This document shows, in pieces, positions 58,940 to 64,000 of a stretch of 64,000 nucleotides of DNA. Numbering within the stretch: the stretch's first letter is position 1; the number at the start of each line of letters is the position of its first letter. Source of the DNA: a bacterium (GTDB taxonomy: Bacteria > Patescibacteriota > Minisyncoccia > 2-01-FULL-47-10 > JBBIMT01); assembly GCA_037443185.1 (NCBI GenBank), contig JBBIOV010000003.1, positions 5,458 through 69,457 on the forward strand. The letters are read 5' to 3'. Made by a program: the position numbers and the translations under genes. The notes beneath the pieces are model-generated. The model was not told the origin of the DNA, searched no databases, and was given only the letters and a program-made list of their open reading frames with translations.

Positions 58940-60289
58940 TTATTTAAAACTATCACCAATCCGCTTTTTTAAAGGATTAATTAGAAATTTCTTTAAATCG
59001 CGTCTTCCTATTAAAACAGGATATTTTTGGTCTGAACGGTCAATAATGGAAGCGTAAGAATCTATCCTTTCTCCGGCTAAAATAAAAGAAATTGGGAAAA
59101 AAGCCCTCTCTTGTTCCCCTAAAGCAGAACTTACTTTTTTTATTTTTACCAGTTCAGCTTCATTTAATATAGCGTCTGTGATTTTTAATTTTTTTGCAAG
59201 ACGTTCGTCAATAGAAGTAGAGTAGGCACCGGTATCTATTTTAGCTCTTGTTAAATATTCTTTATTGTCTGGTGTGATAATTTTAATTGTTTCAAAAACC
59301 CCAATTATTTTTTGTCCCGACACTTCTTCTAAAATTTCCCAAATTTCACCGCCAAAAAGATTTTGTCCAATTGCCACGCCTTTGGCAATAGAATCAATTT
59401 CCAATTCCTCTAATCTTTTTAATCTATCCTTTAAACCTGCAAGATTGGCAAGTTGAATTGAAAGTCCGGGTCGAGCATTGATTTCTAAAACCTTTGGGCC
59501 CTGTTCTTTATCAATTACTATATCAATTCCCGCAAAACCAAGTCCTATTGCCCTTTGGGCTTTTACAGCCAGTGTTAAAATATCTTGCCAATAAGGAATT
59601 CTAATTCCAGATAAAATTAACCTTTTCCCTGGTAAAAATTTAATAAACTTTTTTTTACCATAAATAGCAGTTGTGGTCACTCCGTTAGCTAAATCAATGC
59701 CCACTCCTACCGCGCCCAAAGCCAAATTGGCTTTACCCTCTGATTCTTTGGTAGGCAGTCTTAACATTGTCATTACTGGAACTGAATTGAATACAATCAC
59801 TCTTATGTCGGGAATACCGCGGAAACTATATAGTTTTAAAAAATGGTGTATTTTAACTCGCTCTTCAATCAAAACAACATCAGGACTATTTCCTAATGAA
59901 AAGTTTCCTTCTAGGATATTAAAACAATGTTCTTTAAGTAAGTTCTCATAAACTAATTTGCCATCGGCTTTAATCCAAGCATTTTGAGGTATATTTTTTT
60001 TTCCAAACAAAATAAGTACTCCCGCTCCCGCCCAGCCGCGGTTTGGTTTAATAACAAAGCTTTTAGGAAGAGAGTTCCAGTTAAAATTACCCAATTCATT
60101 AATTGATTTAATAGTAGCAAAAGTTTTAGCTGTTGGAATTTTGTTTTCTTCTAAAACTTTTTTTGTCAAGATTTTGTTATCGGCTATTTGTTTGGCGCGT
60201 TTTGAGTTAAAAGGATAAATATAATGCAAATTGCGAGCGTTCATTCCAAGAACTTTTTGACTTTTTTTTAAAAATCTTAATAATTTCAT
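58940..60289 (-). CDS. Alpha-L-glutamate ligase-like ATP-grasp protein fused to a retropepsin-like (RimK/LysX-associated) peptidase domain
   Basis: LGMNARN, FVIKP, PDIRVIV, ANL..GA.G.GID and LEINARPGL motifs; C-terminal AKIDTGA...LIGR. Confidence 0.88.
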   Translation of the reverse strand: MKLLRFLKKSQKVLGMNARNLHYIYPFNSKRAKQIADNKILTKKVLEENKIPTAKTFATIKSINELGNFNWNSLPKSFVIKPNRGWAGAGVLILFGKKNIPQNAWIKADGKLVYENLLKEHCFNILEGNFSLGNSPDVVLIEERVKIHHFLKLYSFRGIPDIRVIVFNSVPVMTMLRLPTKESEGKANLALGAVGVGIDLANGVTTTAIYGKKKFIKFLPGKRLILSGIRIPYWQDILTLAVKAQRAIGLGFAGIDIVIDKEQGPKVLEINARPGLSIQLANLAGLKDRLKRLEELEIDSIAKGVAIGQNLFGGEIWEILEEVSGQKIIGVFETIKIITPDNKEYLTRAKIDTGAYSTSIDERLAKKLKITDAILNEAELVKIKKVSSALGEQERAFFPISFILAGERIDSYASIIDRSDQKYPVLIGRRDLKKFLINPLKKRIGDSFK

Positions 60290-60336
60290 TGTATTTTTTA
60301 TTTACTGAATCTTAGATTTTTTTTATAAAATAATAT

Positions 60337-60975
60337 TCATTTATTAATAATTTGGAAAAATCTAATATATTCTAAAATCCTTAAACCTGACCATTTACCC
60401 AGCAACAAAGTTAAAAGCAAAGAGATAATTATTACCGCCGGGTAGTTTGTCATTATGAATTCTTGGAAAAACTGCCAAGAAATTAGGAAAAATCCCGTTA
60501 ACGATATCAATAAAGTTTCGGCAGTTAATATTACAGATGTCTTTAAATCTTGCTCTATTTGAACAGCAGCTAATTTTTCAGCAAATACCACAATTGATAA
60601 CATTGCCAAAATTGAAGATTTAAAGTTAAAAGAAAAAAATAGAGGCGCACTTAAAAAAATTAAAAATAAAGAAGAAATTGCAAGTGATAATATAAAAGCA
60701 ATTCTCGGAAAATAAAGTATTCTTATGTCTTTTAAAAGATAACGAATTAAGGAAGTTATAATCGTTGTCAAAACGATAATATATGTCCCGCTAGCAAACC
60801 CTAATTTTAAAAGCCCAAAAATCATTAAAAGAGGTACGAAAATTCCAAATCCTCTTAATCCAATAATCTGCCTAGAAAAAGTAATGATTAAGATTAAAAC
60901 TGGTGCTGCAAGCAAAATAATTAAATCTTGCTGACTTAAACCTTGATTGATTAAATATTGGAAAATATTATCCAT
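60337..60975 (-). CDS. 7TM domain protein (7TM_transglut-like)
   Basis: RQIIGLRGFGIFVP, LYFPRIA and LGKWSGLRILEYIRF motifs; adjacent to the ATP-grasp gene. Confidence 0.85.
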   Translation of the reverse strand: MDNIFQYLINQGLSQQDLIILLAAPVLILIITFSRQIIGLRGFGIFVPLLMIFGLLKLGFASGTYIIVLTTIITSLIRYLLKDIRILYFPRIAFILSLAISSLFLIFLSAPLFFSFNFKSSILAMLSIVVFAEKLAAVQIEQDLKTSVILTAETLLISLTGFFLISWQFFQEFIMTNYPAVIIISLLLTLLLGKWSGLRILEYIRFFQIINK

Positions 60976-61031
60976 AGTTTTTCAATTTTCAATTTTTTTA
61001 AATTAAGACTTTATACAAAATTGAAAATTGA

Positions 61032-61511
61032 TTACTGAAAATGCTTATTATTAAATATATGGGCAATCGCTATAGCCAAAGCATCAGCCGCATCGTCTTG
61101 CTTTGGTATCACTTCATTCTTAAAAATTTGTTTTAACATATAATATATTTGTTTTTTATCTGCTTTACCATAGCCGGTTAAAGATTGTTTCACCTGTAAA
61201 GGAGTATAAAAAGATATTTTAATTTTATTTTCGGTTAATATGTATTTTAGTGCTCCAACAATTTCGGAAATATTAAGGGCAGTTTTTTTGTTCTTAAAAA
61301 AGAAAACTTTTTCTAAAGCTGCTTCATTGGGCTTAAACTTTTTAACGATTTCCTGTATTTTTAAACCAACTAAATAAAGTCTCATTTCTGGGGTAAAATC
61401 TTTGGGCGTTTCAATTAATCCTGTTTCGATAATATTAACCAAACGGCTATTTTGCTTAACAATGGCAAAACCGCATCTATCAAATCCCGGATCTATCCCT
61501 AAAATAATCAT
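61032..61511 (-). CDS. ruvC: Holliday junction resolvase RuvC
   Basis: ILGIDPG, LEKVFF, YTPLQVK..GYGKADKKQ and DDAADALA motifs. Confidence 0.96.
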   Translation of the reverse strand: MIILGIDPGFDRCGFAIVKQNSRLVNIIETGLIETPKDFTPEMRLYLVGLKIQEIVKKFKPNEAALEKVFFFKNKKTALNISEIVGALKYILTENKIKISFYTPLQVKQSLTGYGKADKKQIYYMLKQIFKNEVIPKQDDAADALAIAIAHIFNNKHFQ

Positions 61512-61767
61512 AAAAGATAAAAAATTTGTGGTGTTTTTATTTGTATAAATTCTAGTCAAAAAATATAAAAAGATTTATGATTTATTAATTTTTTAGTCTT
61601 TAATTGAGTATTTTAAATAGTTAGACTGTTAAATAAAAAATCAATTTTTCATAATTTTTTTGACCTTTATCCTTTACTACTTTTTATTTTAAAAATTTCT
61701 TTATTAAGGATTAATAGTAGATAAAACACGCAAGTTGATAACCTAAATTAGCATCACTGATATTTAT

Positions 61768-62493
61768 TTATCGTTCTATATTTGAAAATACTCTTTCAGT
61801 ATCAGGATAATATTTTAATTGATCTTCAAAAGATAGAATATTTTTTTTAATCTCCTCATTAGAGATTTTGATTGGATTTTTAGGTTTCCAAATCAAAGCA
61901 GTTTCTTGAATATGAACTCCTATAGATTTCAGTTCTTTAATTGTTTCATTGAGCATTTGGGCGTCAGTATAAATTTTTATTCCATTTTTTTCTTTTTTAT
62001 AATCTTGAACGCTTAAATCAATCAATTTCAATTCAATTTCATCTTCGCTAACGCCTACGGGGATTTGAGCTCCAATAAAACCAACAAAATCAAACATCCA
62101 TTTTACTGCTCCTGCTTGAGCAAATGATCCGCCCCAGGAGTCAACTAAATGTTTTAATTCACTTGTACTGCGGTTTTTATTATCAGTGGCAACTTCAACT
62201 AAAAAAGCGCTACCGTTTGGTCCATATACTTCATATAAAACTTCTTCTAATTTTCCTTCTTCTCCAATGCCAAGTGCACGATTAATCGCTCTTTCGATTT
62301 TTTCTTTTGGCATATTAGCTTTTTTGGCTTTTTCAATAGCAGCTTCTAAACGATTGTTATTTTCTGGTTTAGGTCCTCCTTCTTTTACGGCAATAGCAAT
62401 TTCTTTACTGATAGCCGAAAAAAGCGCGGATCTTTTTTTATCCTCTATGCTTTTTTTATGTTGAATGTTTGCCCAATGCGAATGACCAGCCAT
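61768..62493 (-). CDS. yebC: YebC/PmpR family protein
   Basis: MAGHSHWANI, NMPK..IERAI, YEVYGP and TDNKNR motifs. Confidence 0.94.
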   Translation of the reverse strand: MAGHSHWANIQHKKSIEDKKRSALFSAISKEIAIAVKEGGPKPENNNRLEAAIEKAKKANMPKEKIERAINRALGIGEEGKLEEVLYEVYGPNGSAFLVEVATDNKNRSTSELKHLVDSWGGSFAQAGAVKWMFDFVGFIGAQIPVGVSEDEIELKLIDLSVQDYKKEKNGIKIYTDAQMLNETIKELKSIGVHIQETALIWKPKNPIKISNEEIKKNILSFEDQLKYYPDTERVFSNIER

Positions 62494-62559
62494 ATTTTAG
62501 AATTTTTATTTTTACTTTTTAAGAATTGCAAAAATTTTTTCTTTATTAAATTAAAATTA

Positions 62560-63066
62560 TTAAGTAATTGTTTCTTTTTTTTGAACGCATAGCATTAGAT
62601 CATCCTTTATTTTTCGCGGATTAGGGACTTGTTTGAAGATAAAATAACGGGATATTCCAGCAGTTTGAATTTGCACATCTCCATAGTTAAAAATATTAGC
62701 CAAAAATCCTTTTTTATCAATAGTTACATCTTGAACTTTATCTAACATAAATTCAGAAAATTCACTATTAAAAAAACTGATTTGTTCTATATCAATGATT
62801 CTTTTATTAGTAATAATCCAAACATCTAAATACCAGTTGGTAAAATATATAAAACTAAAAAGAAAATATATTAAAATGAAAAATAAAATTAAAATGAAAA
62901 GAAAAGGAGTAAAATTAGGATTTAAATTAAAATCAAAGGCCAAAAGTGTTATAAAAACAATAGTTATCAAAAAAAAAGCGCAAAATAAAGCCAATTTTAA
63001 AATAAGAGTGATTGGATGGCGACGCGTAAAAACTATAATTTTTTCATCAGTAGGAAGGGATATCAT
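62560..63066 (-). CDS. Membrane protein with bacterial PH domain
   Basis: RRHP, two TM, WIITNKRIID and IFNYGDVQIQTAG motifs. Confidence 0.8.
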   Translation of the reverse strand: MISLPTDEKIIVFTRRHPITLILKLALFCAFFLITIVFITLLAFDFNLNPNFTPFLFILILFFILIYFLFSFIYFTNWYLDVWIITNKRIIDIEQISFFNSEFSEFMLDKVQDVTIDKKGFLANIFNYGDVQIQTAGISRYFIFKQVPNPRKIKDDLMLCVQKKETIT

Positions 63067-63280
63067 TGTTAAAATTTAATAAATTGTCCCAGGAAGCAGT
63101 TATTAAAAATATTAAAAAAAGCGACAAAAGAATAGCTGAAATAATGGAAAAAATAATTATAATTTTTTTAATAAAAATTTTATCTTTTTCAAGACCAAAA
63201 TGCAGTAAATGAAAAATAGCAAAAACGGTTAAAAGAATATAAATTATACCAATAGGTACAAAAATGATAAAGCCAATCAT
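63047..63280 (-). CDS. Small two-TM membrane protein
   Basis: 77-aa hydrophobic ORF in the same run of minus-strand genes. Confidence 0.55.
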   Translation of the reverse strand: MIGFIIFVPIGIIYILLTVFAIFHLLHFGLEKDKIFIKKIIIIFSIISAILLSLFLIFLITASWDNLLNFNNDIPSY

Positions 63281-63377
63281 ATTATTTACAAGTTAAAAAG
63301 TAGATAATGTTAATACATTTGGCAAGTTTTGATAATCTGTATAAGTTATTTTGTCTTTTAGCAATTAGCTTTGATTT

Positions 63378-64000
63378 TTAATCGAATTTTAGCTGGCTTT
63401 CAAGACATTTTCTGGTTAAAATTCTTCCGTTTTTAGTTCTTTGCAGAAATCCAATTTTGATTAAGTATGGTTCGTACAAATCTTCAATAGTTCTTTGATC
63501 TTCGCCAAATGCTTTAGCGATAGTTTCAATGCCCACTGGACCGCCGTTAAATTTATCGCGAATCATTTTGATTAACTGTCTATCAGTTTTTTCTAATCCC
63601 CATTTATCCACTCCCATTACCTCAAAAGCTTTCAAAACATCTTCAGTTGTAATTTTTTTTAATTCAGCCAATTGAGCGAAATCTCTAATTCTTTTTAAAA
63701 GCCTCTGAGCTATACGGGGCGTATATCGAGATCTTAAAGCGATTTCCTTTAAGGCATCATCACTTAAAGTTATTTTCAGATAAGCAGCGTATCTTTTCAA
63801 GATTTTAACTATGTCTTTGGGTGGATAAAATTCCAGTTTTAACAAAGCTCCAAACCGAGATCTCAAAGGGTCAGACATTAAACCAATTTTAGTTGTTGCG
63901 CCAATTAGCGTAAAGGGATTTAAAGATATTTTTAAAATCTGCGCTGATGGCCCTTTTCCTATAACAATATCTAATTTAAAATCTTCCATTGCTGGATATA
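63378..64000 (-). CDS. ruvB: Holliday junction branch migration ATPase RuvB (5' part outside window)
   Basis: YPAMEDF, FTLIGATT, PLRSRFG, TPRIA.RLL, GGPVG and EPYL motifs. Confidence 0.96.
   Translation of the reverse strand, partial: YPAMEDFKLDIVIGKGPSAQILKISLNPFTLIGATTKIGLMSDPLRSRFGALLKLEFYPPKDIVKILKRYAAYLKITLSDDALKEIALRSRYTPRIAQRLLKRIRDFAQLAELKKITTEDVLKAFEVMGVDKWGLEKTDRQLIKMIRDKFNGGPVGIETIAKAFGEDQRTIEDLYEPYLIKIGFLQRTKNGRILTRKCLESQLKFD

Noticed and set aside
266-63079. Numerous 60-130 aa ORFs antisense or out of frame within recognised genes (e.g. 11367-11663, 13720-14112, 53675-54341, 62186-62464)
   Set aside because: Shadow ORFs of well-supported genes with no independent signals.
1-64000. 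Alternative genetic code (UGA=Gly or UAG reassignment) to explain in-frame stops
   Set aside because: Conserved genes are full length in code 11 and some end in TGA/TAG at the expected position (rpmI, tsaE, MgtC). Internal stops occur only in loci that also have frameshifts.
1-64000. CRISPR array, integrase, intact transposase or prophage
   Set aside because: No regularly spaced direct repeats and no cas, integrase or phage structural motifs seen.

Overview
AT-rich bacterial chromosomal window in standard genetic code 11. The gene set (DUF4012, DUF5666-type relics, GerMN/Gmad2, minimal Mfd, FemAB/LCP/MurE/MurJ wall genes, class II FBA) suggests Patescibacteria/CPR, probably Parcubacteria (inference). 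Most of it is housekeeping: infC-rpmI-rplT, uvrB, ruvA/B/C, xseAB, lexA, metG, lepA, uppS, murE, murJ, dut, pth, smpB plus tmRNA, and tRNA-Pro(CGG). There are two decayed loci: a surface-protein plus MacAB-type ABC exporter region at 1-4883, and mfd. The most notable signal is an unannotated ~150-nt structured RNA at ~52392-52545 (minus strand). It has a near-consensus sigma70 promoter, a 27-bp closing stem whose only imperfections are G.U wobbles, and a hairpin loop displaying GAUCCCUCCU, an anti-Shine-Dalgarno-like sequence. Many housekeeping genes here look leaderless or SD-less, while a few stand-alone, GC-richer cassettes carry strong AGGAGG(G) ribosome-binding sites complementary to that loop. 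This may be a two-class translation system with an RNA regulator (hypothesis). Also seen: a non-AUG infC start, a direct-repeat LexA operator candidate, a possible dinB scar, REP-like palindromes, a presenilin-type protease and an unrecognised triple-repeat secreted protein. All family assignments are by motif recognition only; no database searches were run.
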